64,000 nt of DNA from positions 27,202 through 91,201 of the forward strand of contig CAZHQG010000007.1 in the NCBI GenBank assembly GCA_964534275.1. The letters run 5' to 3'. Both the position numbers and the translations under genes were made by a program. Every line of letters starts with the position of its first letter. Within the stretch, counting starts at the first letter, position 1. The notes beneath the pieces are model-generated. The model was not told where the DNA came from. It searched no databases and worked only from the letters and a program-made list of their open reading frames with translations. Of the stretch, positions 51,372 through 61,561 are shown one piece after another. Source of the DNA: an uncultured Candidatus Binatia bacterium (lineage in GTDB: Bacteria; Desulfobacterota; Binatia; HRBIN30).

Positions 51372-51830
51372 CTAGGATTTTTTCTTCCGTGGCGTGAGAT
51401 CGAGATCGGGTGGAGGGTGGTCCGGAAGCTTCCAGACGATGTACGGTTTGTCCTTGAGCTCGTGATACGCATTCGCCGCGTCCACAGCTTGGTGGAACGC
51501 CGCTTCGAACGCTGCGAAGTCTTCCTTCTTGATTGCTTCTTGTACGGCGGTCCAGTGTTGATCCAGAAACTCTTGCAATGCGGCTTCGTGTTTCGGACGC
51601 GTGAACGCCCCGAGTTCCATCAGTCCGCGAATTTCCTTGGCCTGGAAGTTTGCAAGGGGCCAGTTTCCCGCTTTGGCAGCGTAGTACAGTTTCCACGTCC
51701 GCTGGCCGATTTCCGGCATGATTCGTCCCAGCCCCGGCTGGATTGCGGCCAGGTCCTCGATCGACATTTCACGGTGTCCGCTCCACACCGTGAGGGCTTT
51801 CAAACGTTCCAGCAACTCCTCGTCGCGCAT
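51372..51830 (-). CDS. Four-helix cytochrome-like protein lacking CxxCH
   Basis: QPGLGRIM...R.WKLYYA..AGNWPLA..Q..E and C-terminal AANAYH; RBS GGAG. Confidence 0.6.
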   Translation of the reverse strand: MRDEELLERLKALTVWSGHREMSIEDLAAIQPGLGRIMPEIGQRTWKLYYAAKAGNWPLANFQAKEIRGLMELGAFTRPKHEAALQEFLDQHWTAVQEAIKKEDFAAFEAAFHQAVDAANAYHELKDKPYIVWKLPDHPPPDLDLTPRKKKS

Positions 51831-52116
51831 GGTTCCCCGCTCCTAAGTGAACAAATGTTTGGCCGCCCGTCCTAGCACGCGTGCGCCCGTCGTGTAAAGA
51901 CAGTGGGCCGCGATCGAGCGCACTCGATGCCGTCGGGCGGAGAGGCTCCCTCGGTGCATGCACGCTAGAGCCACGATCCGGTGCACCGACGAGCGGGGAG
52001 GGACTCTACGATCGGCAGCCTTCACCGCCCCAGACACAAGCGGGAGCCTGCGAGTGCGTCCTGGAGCGACTGCTTGCCGGTTGTTATGGTACCCCGCCCC
52101 AGGCGAGAGTGAGGGC

Positions 52117-53733
52117 ATGAGCCAAACGCGCGAACCGTTGGTGGAGCAACAAGTGGCCCGTGTACGCGCGTACATGGAAGGCTGCGGCCTCGTGGTCGTG
52201 CCGGACTCCGCGGTGGAGTTGCGTCGGCGACTCGTGGGAGTCCTTGAGCGCTTGACGCCGGAGGTCGTGGAAGAATGGACGCGGATTGTGGGCCGTGCCT
52301 TTGCGATCCCGGAAGTCCAGTGGCCGGAAGTTCGCGACTGGATGTCGAGCGCTCTGCAGCGTTGGTTCCGCCACATCGAGAACCCGGCGGACGTGGAAAC
52401 GTACTTGTACCTGCGCAACCACGCGCGCCGGGGTTTCATTTCGCACTTCCCGGCGTCGCGTTTTTTGGCCAGCCAGATACGCTTGGTGCACCTGTTCGAA
52501 GAGTGTCTCGAGAGAGAAGCACTTCCCGCCGAAGATCGTGCAGCGTTGCTTCGGCTATTGCGGCAGGAGTTCGAGGAGCGCATCTTGCACGTTACGGACT
52601 TTTTCGTTGCCGGCCGCGAAGAAGACTTGCGTGAGCAAGAGGCCAGTTACCGGCAAGCGGTGGACAACGCTCCGGCAGCGATTTTCCGGGTCGACTGCGA
52701 TTTCGGGACGATTCTGGGCGCGAGCAGGGTTGCCGAACGCCTCGTGCAAATTCCACGCGAGGAAATGATTGGTTTGCGTCTTTGGGACCTGAGCCCCGAG
52801 GACGAACGTCAGCGCATGCGGCGGTTGCTCGAGGAAGCGCGCCGCCGAGGACACGCGCGGCGAGACGACTTGCATTTGCTTCGACGCGACAGCGAGCGCG
52901 TGCCGGTGTTTGTCAACGTCGGGCTGATCGAATACGCCGGGCAACGGTTTTTCCAGGTCATTTGCGTGGATATCTCCGAGCGCAAACGGCTCGAGAGCCA
53001 GTTGATTCAGTCGGAGAAAATGGCTGCGATTGGCCAACTAGCGGCGGGAATTGCTCACGAAATTCGCAATCCGCTGGGAATCATTGCCAACGCCCTGTTC
53101 GACCTCCAGGAGACCTTGCCGCGGGACCACCCAGCCGTGCAGGAAGATTTGCAGATCGCCCTCGAAGAAATGCGCCGCGTTCAGGAGATCATCGACAATT
53201 TGCTGGAGTTTTCGCGGACGTCGCGCGCGGAATTGGAAATGGTGGACGTGAACCTCCTGCTGCGTAAAACGCTCCAGTTGATGCACAAGAGCTTGCAGAA
53301 TCACGGTGTGGAAGTGGCCGCGGAGTTCGGCGACGTAGGCTTGTGCCTTGCGAACCAAAACGCGCTGCGGCAGGTTTTCTTGAACCTCATTACGAACGCT
53401 GTGCAGGCGATGCCAAACGGCGGAACGTTGCGCATCCGAACCATACCTCTGGGTTCCGAGCGGATTCGTCTCGAGTTTGCCGATACCGGCGTGGGAATTC
53501 CGCCGGAGCACCTGAGCAGCATCTTCAACCCGTTCTTCACCACAAAGGAGCCAGGGCAGGGAACGGGACTCGGTCTCTCGGTCGTACACTCCGTGGTCAA
53601 GCGGTTTCGGGGCGAGATTCGCGTGCAAAGTCAACTTGAGCGCGGCACGACGTTTACCATCGACCTACCGCGCGGCGAGGAAAGCGACGAAGTTGTGGGC
53701 CTTCTGGGTGTGCCCGGAAGAATGTTGCCATGA
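52117..53733 (+). CDS. Sensor histidine kinase (globin-like N-domain, PAS, HisKA, HATPase)
   Basis: LAAGIAHEIRNPL H-box, NLITNAVQAM, DTGVGI, IFNPFFTTK, GTGLGL; PAS segment after YRQAVDNAPAAIF. Confidence 0.92.
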   Translation: MSQTREPLVEQQVARVRAYMEGCGLVVVPDSAVELRRRLVGVLERLTPEVVEEWTRIVGRAFAIPEVQWPEVRDWMSSALQRWFRHIENPADVETYLYLRNHARRGFISHFPASRFLASQIRLVHLFEECLEREALPAEDRAALLRLLRQEFEERILHVTDFFVAGREEDLREQEASYRQAVDNAPAAIFRVDCDFGTILGASRVAERLVQIPREEMIGLRLWDLSPEDERQRMRRLLEEARRRGHARRDDLHLLRRDSERVPVFVNVGLIEYAGQRFFQVICVDISERKRLESQLIQSEKMAAIGQLAAGIAHEIRNPLGIIANALFDLQETLPRDHPAVQEDLQIALEEMRRVQEIIDNLLEFSRTSRAELEMVDVNLLLRKTLQLMHKSLQNHGVEVAAEFGDVGLCLANQNALRQVFLNLITNAVQAMPNGGTLRIRTIPLGSERIRLEFADTGVGIPPEHLSSIFNPFFTTKEPGQGTGLGLSVVHSVVKRFRGEIRVQSQLERGTTFTIDLPRGEESDEVVGLLGVPGRMLP

Positions 53734-55154
53734 ACGAACGGGCTGAAATCGGCGCGGATACCCAAGGGGAAACTACAACAGAAGCGCCTCGTGTGCGCAC
53801 GCTCCTGGTCGAGGACGAACCCAACATGGTGCGCACGTTGAGTAAAATTTTGGAACGGCGGGGCCACACGGTCGACAGTGCCCCCAACGGCGCCGAAGCT
53901 CTGCGCCTGCTCGCGGCACACGCGTACGACCTTGTCATTACGGATTTGAACATGCCGGTGATGGATGGGCTGCAGCTTTTGCGGGAAATGAAAGCCCGCG
54001 GGTTGGAAGCTGCAGTGATCGTGTTGACTGGTTACGGGACCATCCAGTCAGCGGTAGAGGCGCTCAAGCTTGGCGCTGGGGATTACTTGATCAAGCCGTG
54101 TCACCCGGAGGAGTTGTTGTTAGCTGCATCGCGGCTGCTCGAGCTGCGTGCTCTGAAACGCGAGGTGCACATCCTGCGACGCGAGGTGCGCCAGTACTCG
54201 CGCTTTGGCGAGATTATTGGCCGGAGCCCCGCGATGCGCGAGGTGTATCGCATCATCGAGGCCGTGAGCGAGAATAAAAGCAACGTTCTCGTTTGCGGCG
54301 AGAACGGTACTGGAAAAGAGCTGGTGGCGCGGACCATCCACCAGCGTGGTCCGTGGCGGGACCGCCCGTTCCTCGCGGTGAACTGTGGCGCGTTGTCTGA
54401 AACCCTGCTCGAAAGCCAGTTGTTTGGCCATCGCCGCGGTGCCTTTACCGGGGCGATCGAGGATCACGAGGGCGTGTTTCAGGCAGCAAACGGTGGCACC
54501 CTGTTCTTGGATGAAGTGACGGAGATTCCCCTGCCGCTACAGGTCAAATTCCTCCGTGCGATCCAAGAACGCGAGGTGACGCCCCTTGGTTCCACACGGT
54601 CGGTCAAGGTCGATGTACGCTTGATCGCTGCGGCGAATCGCGACGTAGAAGAAGCCGTGCGCCAAGGTTGGTTCCGCAGCGACTTGTATTACCGCCTGAA
54701 TGTCGTGACGATTCACTTGCCTCCGTTACGAGAGCGCCGCGAGGATATCCCCCTGCTGGTCGAGCACTTTGTCGAGCGCTTTAGTCGCGACTATGGGGTG
54801 GAGCCGAAACGGGTAACCCGTGCCGCGATGGACTGCTTATTGGCTTACTCGTGGCCCGGCAACATTCGCGAGCTGCAAAATACGATCGAACGTGCGTTTG
54901 CGCTGTCGCGTGCACCGGAGATTGACCTCGAGGATCTTCCGGTCAAAATTCGTCGCCCTTCTGGTGTAGAGCTTTTGTCGCCAGCCGAGCCTGCAAACGA
55001 TGGCGAGGAGATTCTCCCGCTCGCCGAGCTCGAGCGGCGTGCCATCGTCGCGGCTTTGGCTCGAACGGGCGGCAACAAGGCAGAGGCAGCGCGTTTGTTG
55101 GGTATCGAGCGACCGCGGTTGTACCGCAAGTTACAAAAGTACGGCCTTCGCTGA
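53730..55154 (+). CDS. NtrC-family sigma54-dependent response regulator
   Basis: Receiver VEDE/TDLNMP/KP; GENGTGKE, GAFTGA, FLDEV, DLYYRL, WPGNIREL; C-terminal Fis-type HTH; start overlaps the kinase stop. Confidence 0.95.
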   Translation: MNERAEIGADTQGETTTEAPRVRTLLVEDEPNMVRTLSKILERRGHTVDSAPNGAEALRLLAAHAYDLVITDLNMPVMDGLQLLREMKARGLEAAVIVLTGYGTIQSAVEALKLGAGDYLIKPCHPEELLLAASRLLELRALKREVHILRREVRQYSRFGEIIGRSPAMREVYRIIEAVSENKSNVLVCGENGTGKELVARTIHQRGPWRDRPFLAVNCGALSETLLESQLFGHRRGAFTGAIEDHEGVFQAANGGTLFLDEVTEIPLPLQVKFLRAIQEREVTPLGSTRSVKVDVRLIAAANRDVEEAVRQGWFRSDLYYRLNVVTIHLPPLRERREDIPLLVEHFVERFSRDYGVEPKRVTRAAMDCLLAYSWPGNIRELQNTIERAFALSRAPEIDLEDLPVKIRRPSGVELLSPAEPANDGEEILPLAELERRAIVAALARTGGNKAEAARLLGIERPRLYRKLQKYGLR

Positions 55155-55341
55155 TCGCTCGTGATGGCGGGAAGAACAATGCGGAGTTGCCCGCCGGCTT
55201 GCCGGCAGACGACGCGCTCGAGCGCGCTGCAAAGGCCCTAAGCGGCCCTGAAGCCTGCGCCGTGCGGCCGCCTCGGAAAGAGCGCTGGCTTGGCGGAGGC
55301 GTGTTGCCTTGGTGGTGGGTCGCCGGCAGTACGAAGGGCAT

Positions 55342-55710
55342 TCAATATCCGAGCTTGCGGATCTCGCGTTCGCTCATTCCGAAGTAGTGCGCTACTTCGT
55401 GGACAATCGTACGTTCGATCTCCCTTCGGAGTCGGTCGGTTGTGCGGAAACGGCGCACGAGGGGACGATAGAAAATGGTGATGGTATCGGGCGGGTGATT
55501 TCCGAACGCCGCTCCCCGTTGCGAGAGAGGCACGCCCTGGTAGAGCCCGAACAGCGTATCGCGCCGCGGGTTCAAACCAAGGGAACGGAGCAACTCCGGA
55601 GAGGGCTCGTCGTCTACGAGCAGCACCACGTTTTCCAGCTTGGCTGCGAACGGTTCCGGTAGTTGGTCCCACACCTCTTGCACCAGTGCGATAAACTGCT
55701 CGCGATCCAC
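55342..55710 (-). CDS. Minimal zincin metallopeptidase (Zincin_1-like)
   Basis: LFGLYQGVPL..R, PDTITIFYRP, TIVHEVAHYFG (HExxH); alternative start 55746. Confidence 0.87.
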   Translation of the reverse strand: MDREQFIALVQEVWDQLPEPFAAKLENVVLLVDDEPSPELLRSLGLNPRRDTLFGLYQGVPLSQRGAAFGNHPPDTITIFYRPLVRRFRTTDRLRREIERTIVHEVAHYFGMSEREIRKLGY

Positions 55711-55784
55711 GAAGTCCCGTTTAGCGCCGAGGCTCCCGAGTGCCATCTTGACCCGCTGTTTTGTCGGTGCGAACAGGGCCGGCC

Positions 55785-56525
55785 ATGCAGTACGCCTCTC
55801 GACGAAGCCGATTGCACGCAGTGGCAGTGCTTGGGGTTGTGCTGGCGCTCGGGGTCGTCGGCTGCGGAGAGTCGGGGTCCAATCCACCCAATTTGCCGGA
55901 AATTCAGTTCGAAGTTTTACCGCAGCTTGGCGGACCGATTCGTTTTGAAATCTTGGACGTGCGTGCAGGCGGCAAGCTGTTTCGTTCTCTGGCGGGACGA
56001 GAAATTGTTGCCACGGCGCCGTTTCAAATCTTTGTGGAAAATGCCGCGGCCCCCTTTTCCATGACCTTGCGTTTGCTCGATTCTGCGCCAGCGCTTGTTC
56101 GTTATCGGCTTACGGGTACGGCTGGGCCTGCGGCCACCGTCGTAACCGAGTCTGGTGTGCCAGTGACCATTGGGGTTCCCGATTTGGCGGCTGTGCCAGC
56201 AAATCCGGAGGCGCGGGTGGATGTGTGCGCACCTGCACCCGATCAGAGCACGTGCTCTCCGTTCGATGGTAGCGGTACGTTTGGCGTGGCGTTTTCCGGC
56301 ACGATCGGCGATACCGAAATCACTCGCGTGTTGGGTCGCGCCTCGAGCGACGAGCGGAGCGCGACCACACCTGCCGTCATTTTCTTTCCCGATCCGCAGG
56401 ACACGATTGCGGCTGTGATTCGGGCCGTGGACGCCCGCCGTTTGCTTGTGCAGTTGTTCCTCGATGGACGGCTAGCGGGGACCTCGGTGTCGAGTGGGAC
56501 CGTCGTGGTTCGGAAGGATCTATAG
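55785..56525 (+). CDS. Hypothetical lipoprotein
   Basis: Basic N-region, hydrophobic core, lipobox VVG-C. Confidence 0.65.
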   Translation: MQYASRRSRLHAVAVLGVVLALGVVGCGESGSNPPNLPEIQFEVLPQLGGPIRFEILDVRAGGKLFRSLAGREIVATAPFQIFVENAAAPFSMTLRLLDSAPALVRYRLTGTAGPAATVVTESGVPVTIGVPDLAAVPANPEARVDVCAPAPDQSTCSPFDGSGTFGVAFSGTIGDTEITRVLGRASSDERSATTPAVIFFPDPQDTIAAVIRAVDARRLLVQLFLDGRLAGTSVSSGTVVVRKDL

Positions 56526-56545
56526 CCGGTTGGCGGCGCGTGCCG

Positions 56546-56574
56546 CGGATGCACCCCCGAAGGAGGTGCATCCG
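56546..56574. terminator. Hairpin between the convergent lipoprotein gene and sucC
   Basis: CGGATGCACC...GGTGCATCCG 10-bp stem; no U-tract. Confidence 0.35.
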
Positions 56575-56806
56575 GGCCGGAGTCCCGTCGCGGCACGATT
56601 CGAAGCGGCTGTCCCCGAGGCGACAGCAAGGGCGCGGTCACAACGGTTACGGTCGAAGCGGCTCGCGACGTTCGCGGGCGCCGCGGTTGTGTGCTGCACT
56701 GGTCCGGGAGCGCTGCGAACCGTCGTGCAGCCGAGTTCCTCGGTGATTCTACACTGTTGTGATCGAAGCGAGGAGGGCGCAGAGAGGGGACAAGAAGAGC
56801 GGGCGT

Positions 56807-57973
56807 TTATGCCGCTCGTTTTGCCGCCTCTACCACTTTGCGTCCAGCGTCGGCCATGTCGGTTGCCGGAATAATATCGAGTCCGGACTCCGCCAGGATC
56901 TTTTTGCCGAGTTCGACGTTGGTGCCTTCCAGGCGTACCACTAAAGGTACGCGAAGTTGGACCTCCCGTGCTGCAGCAACCACCCCCTCGGCAATCACGT
57001 CGCATTTCATAATCCCGCCGAAGATATTCACCAACACGGCCTTCACGTTGGGGTCGGAGAGCAGAATTTTAAACGCTGCTGTGACCTTTTCTTTTGTGGC
57101 TCCGCCACCGACATCGAGGAAGTTGGCGGGCGAGCCCCCATAGAGCTTGATAATGTCCATGGTTGCCATCGCCAGCCCAGCCCCGTTTACCATGCACCCA
57201 ATGTTGCCATCCAGGGAAATGTAGTTGAGGTCGTACTTCGAGGCTTCGACTTCGCGCGGGTCTTCTTCGTGGATATCGCGCAACTCGCGAATTTCAGGGT
57301 GGCGGAACAAGCCATTGTCATCGAAGCTCATCTTTGCGTCGAGGACGAGCAACCGGTTGTCTTGCGTGAGGACCAGTGGGTTGATTTCCACGAGCGAGGC
57401 GTCGGTTTCCACGTACGCTCGATACAGGGACGCGACGAGGTTCACAAACTGCTGGATCGTTTCTTTGGGCAAACCGAGGCCGAAGGCGAGCTTGCGCGCT
57501 TGAAAGGCCTGAACGCCAACTGCTGGATCGACGGCTTCGCGCAGGATTTTTTCTGGGGCGCGAGCTGCCACTTCTTCGATTTCTACGCCCCCTTCGGAGC
57601 TTGCCATGACCGTAACCCAGCCCCGCGAACGGTCGAGCGTGAGGCCCAGGTAGAATTCCTTGGCGATCGCGCAAGCGGGCTCGATGAGTACCTTTCGAAC
57701 GATACGGCCGGAGGGACCTGTTTGGTGGGTTACCAGCGGCTTTCCTAAAAGCCCGGCTACAAAGGACTCGAGTTCCTGGGCGTTCCGGCAGATTTTCACG
57801 CCACCTGCTTTTCCACGCCCCCCCGCATGAATTTGCGCCTTGGCCACGACCGGGTATCCCACCTCGTTACCCGCAGCGACTGCTTCAGCAGGACTGCTTG
57901 CAACCTGTCCAGCGGGAACCGATACGCCAAAGCGTTGGAGTACTTGTTTGGCTTGATACTCGTGAACGTTCAC
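56807..57973 (-). CDS. sucC: Succinyl-CoA synthetase beta subunit
   Basis: [70 protein letters not shown]. Confidence 0.97.
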   Translation of the reverse strand: MNVHEYQAKQVLQRFGVSVPAGQVASSPAEAVAAGNEVGYPVVAKAQIHAGGRGKAGGVKICRNAQELESFVAGLLGKPLVTHQTGPSGRIVRKVLIEPACAIAKEFYLGLTLDRSRGWVTVMASSEGGVEIEEVAARAPEKILREAVDPAVGVQAFQARKLAFGLGLPKETIQQFVNLVASLYRAYVETDASLVEINPLVLTQDNRLLVLDAKMSFDDNGLFRHPEIRELRDIHEEDPREVEASKYDLNYISLDGNIGCMVNGAGLAMATMDIIKLYGGSPANFLDVGGGATKEKVTAAFKILLSDPNVKAVLVNIFGGIMKCDVIAEGVVAAAREVQLRVPLVVRLEGTNVELGKKILAESGLDIIPATDMADAGRKVVEAAKRAA

Positions 57974-57997
57974 CGTCGCCTCCCCTCTCGTGAGTGG

Positions 57998-59017
<1,020 letters not shown>

Positions 59018-59098
59018 TTATAGCGAGAACGGCAAAATTGGGGCAAGGGTGTGAAGCCGCGTCGCCGGCGAACCCGGATCGATTCGTCTAGGCGCGGT

Positions 59099-59818
59099 CT
59101 AGGGGCTCCCGTGAGATGTTCGCTCGCGCACATGCAGGGCGATGACTCCGAGGCGGTCGGCAATGTTGTCTGGTCGCAGTCTCCAGGGCCCCACGAGATC
59201 CAACTGGGGTTCGACCAATGGATAAACCAAGCGTTCGAGCGTGACTTCGAATGCGCCACGCACAAGCACCTTGGCGGGTTGTTGTGGCGGCAGCAGTTCG
59301 GCCTCGAGCCCGAGCGGTGCGGGTGCGCGCGAGTTGCCTTCCCCGCCCGTGTCGACCACGAAGGCTGGAGCCGCTTCCCCGTTGAGGAACAGCGCAACGA
59401 CATAGCGTTGGTGTGGAACCCACTCGGTGGTGTGAAATGTGAAGCTTTGGCGGCCGCGTGCGAGCGTGATGTGGATGCGGCCGCTTTGGGGCTCGTTCCA
59501 CAAGAAGGTCCCCGTCTTGGGTGGACTGCCCGGCTGTACCCCGATGACCGGAACCGGTGGGCCGAGCGTGGTCCGCGCGACGAACCGAAGGTCGGGCTGG
59601 CCATCGTCGCCGACCGCAACAATCGTGATCCCGGTAAGCGCGGGCGGTGGAGCGTCCACGCATCCGCTGAAACAGGCAAGCAGCGCGAACGTGCTCACAA
59701 GCCAGAACACCGAGCGTCTTCGTAGGCGGCGGGCTGCGTAACGCACGCGTCGTCCAGGGTCCGACACCTCAGGTGAGAGCCAGGGACACCGCCGCAGCAA
59801 GCATGTCTTCGCGCTCAA
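59099..59818 (-). CDS. Hypothetical lipoprotein (start uncertain)
   Basis: Arg-rich region, hydrophobic core, FSG-C lipobox-like site, beta-rich body. Confidence 0.5.
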   Translation of the reverse strand: MSAKTCLLRRCPWLSPEVSDPGRRVRYAARRLRRRSVFWLVSTFALLACFSGCVDAPPPALTGITIVAVGDDGQPDLRFVARTTLGPPVPVIGVQPGSPPKTGTFLWNEPQSGRIHITLARGRQSFTFHTTEWVPHQRYVVALFLNGEAAPAFVVDTGGEGNSRAPAPLGLEAELLPPQQPAKVLVRGAFEVTLERLVYPLVEPQLDLVGPWRLRPDNIADRLGVIALHVRERTSHGSP

Positions 59819-59872
59819 AGACAGGATCCTCCGTTGCTCGCTCCTTCCAGCGGCGCTACCGCCTGGGCGGCG

Positions 59873-61387
59873 ATGAAACTGACCGTCATCGTGCCTGTGT
59901 ACAACGAACGCGCGACCGTTGGCGAGCTGCTCCGACGCGTGTGTGCGGCCGCATACGACAAGGAAGTTCTCATTTTTGACGATGCGTCCACGGATGGCAC
60001 AGTAGAGGAGCTGCGCGCGCTGGGTCTAGAGCCGGGCGGTTCACCCTTGCGCATCGACGGTCCGGAGGGGCAGCGAAACGAGCTTCGCCTGTTCGTGCGG
60101 CGTACCAACAAAGGAAAGGGTGCCGCGGTTCGGGATGGCATTGCCCGGGCCACAGGGGAAATCGTTCTCATTCAGGATGCCGACCTGGAGTACGACCCTG
60201 CCGAGTATCCCATTCTCCTTCAACCAATTTTGGACGGCCGAGCGGACGTGGTGTACGGTTCACGCTTCATCGGCTCGCCGCATCGGGTGCTCCTATTTTG
60301 GCACTGGGTGGGCAATTTCCTGCTGACCTTTCTTTCGAACATGTTCACGAACTTGAACCTGACGGACATGGAAACTTGCTACAAGGCGTTCCGCACAGAA
60401 GTCGTGCGAGGGCTGCGGCTTCGATCGAACCGGTTTGGGATCGAGCCGGAAATCACGGCGAAAGTGGCTCGGCGCGGGGCAAGGATTTACGAAGTGGCGA
60501 TTTCGTACTCGGGGCGGAGTTATCTCGAGGGAAAGAAAATCAATTGGAAAGATGGTCTTGCCGCATTGTGGACGATCTTGAAGTACAGCCTCGTTCCTGA
60601 CGAGCGGTCGGCGGCGCCCCAGTTGGCTACTTTAAACCAGGCTCGCTCCCTCAGGCGTTACCATGCATGGCTGTACGAGCAGTTTGTCCCTTACGTTGGG
60701 CAGCGCGTGCTCGAAGTCGGAGCGGACACGGTCCACTGGACTCTCCACCTCCGCCACCCGCACGAGATTGTCGCAACGGATGCGGATCCGCGTTGCGTGG
60801 AACTTTTAGGGCGTGCTTTTGCGGATCAGCCGCGTGTCCAAACCGCCGTGTTCCCTCTTGGGGCTGCGTTGCCGCAAGAATGGGAGCAGCATTTCGACAC
60901 AGTGCTTTGCTGGAACACCCTCGAACGCCTAGAGGACGACGTTCGTGCCTTGGAACGGATTTACGGTGCACTTCGGGATGGCGGTTCCTTGGTGTTGGGC
61001 GTTTCCGCGATGCCTCGCTTGTTCGGGGCGCTCGATCGCGCACTCGGATACCGTCGTCGATACTCGGAAGAGGAGATTCTGGAGAAGCTTCGGCGCGTGG
61101 GATTTGCAGTGGAGCGCGTCGTTTGGCTCGATCGCATCGGCGCGCTTGCGTGGTGGGTGAACAGCAAATGGCTCCGCCGTACGAAGATTCCGCGCTCGCA
61201 AACGCGGATCCACGACTGGGTGGTGCCTTGGCTTCGGTGGGAGTCGCGGTGGCGCAGCCGATGGGGTGCGTTGCTCATGGTGATTGCTAGACGACGAAGC
61301 GCACGCTCGTCAGCCGGCAACCACGAAAATGTACGCGGCCAGGACGAGTGTCACGAGCAGCCCAAGCAGAAGGATGCGGTCGAGTAG
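59873..61387 (+). CDS. Polyprenol-phosphate-mannose synthase-like GT2 fused to a class I methyltransferase-like domain
   Basis: VIVPVYNE, DDASTDGT, NKGKG, IQDADLEYDP, VYGSRF, TDMETCYK, RFGIEPEI, GKKINWKDG; C-half VLEVG, FDTVLCWN.LE. Confidence 0.88.
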   Translation: MKLTVIVPVYNERATVGELLRRVCAAAYDKEVLIFDDASTDGTVEELRALGLEPGGSPLRIDGPEGQRNELRLFVRRTNKGKGAAVRDGIARATGEIVLIQDADLEYDPAEYPILLQPILDGRADVVYGSRFIGSPHRVLLFWHWVGNFLLTFLSNMFTNLNLTDMETCYKAFRTEVVRGLRLRSNRFGIEPEITAKVARRGARIYEVAISYSGRSYLEGKKINWKDGLAALWTILKYSLVPDERSAAPQLATLNQARSLRRYHAWLYEQFVPYVGQRVLEVGADTVHWTLHLRHPHEIVATDADPRCVELLGRAFADQPRVQTAVFPLGAALPQEWEQHFDTVLCWNTLERLEDDVRALERIYGALRDGGSLVLGVSAMPRLFGALDRALGYRRRYSEEEILEKLRRVGFAVERVVWLDRIGALAWWVNSKWLRRTKIPRSQTRIHDWVVPWLRWESRWRSRWGALLMVIARRRSARSSAGNHENVRGQDECHEQPKQKDAVE

Positions 61388-61561
61388 CTTCTCGGCTTGC
61401 TCTGGGGCCAAGTTGAAGGTCGATAGCCGCTCGCGCAAACGCGACCAGCGATTGGCCGCAGGCATGCCGTTGGCCGCCTCCCGCTCCGGCTCCCGATCGA
61501 GCACAGGAGGTGGGACTTCACGTCGCAATTCGAGTTTTGGATTTTCCGCCATCCGATTCAT
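61310..61561 (-). CDS. Small membrane-anchored protein
   Basis: C-terminal TM ILLLGLLVTLVLAAYIFVV; start overlaps the sulfatase-like gene stop (61558-61561). Confidence 0.55.
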   Translation of the reverse strand: MNRMAENPKLELRREVPPPVLDREPEREAANGMPAANRWSRLRERLSTFNLAPEQAEKLLDRILLLGLLVTLVLAAYIFVVAG

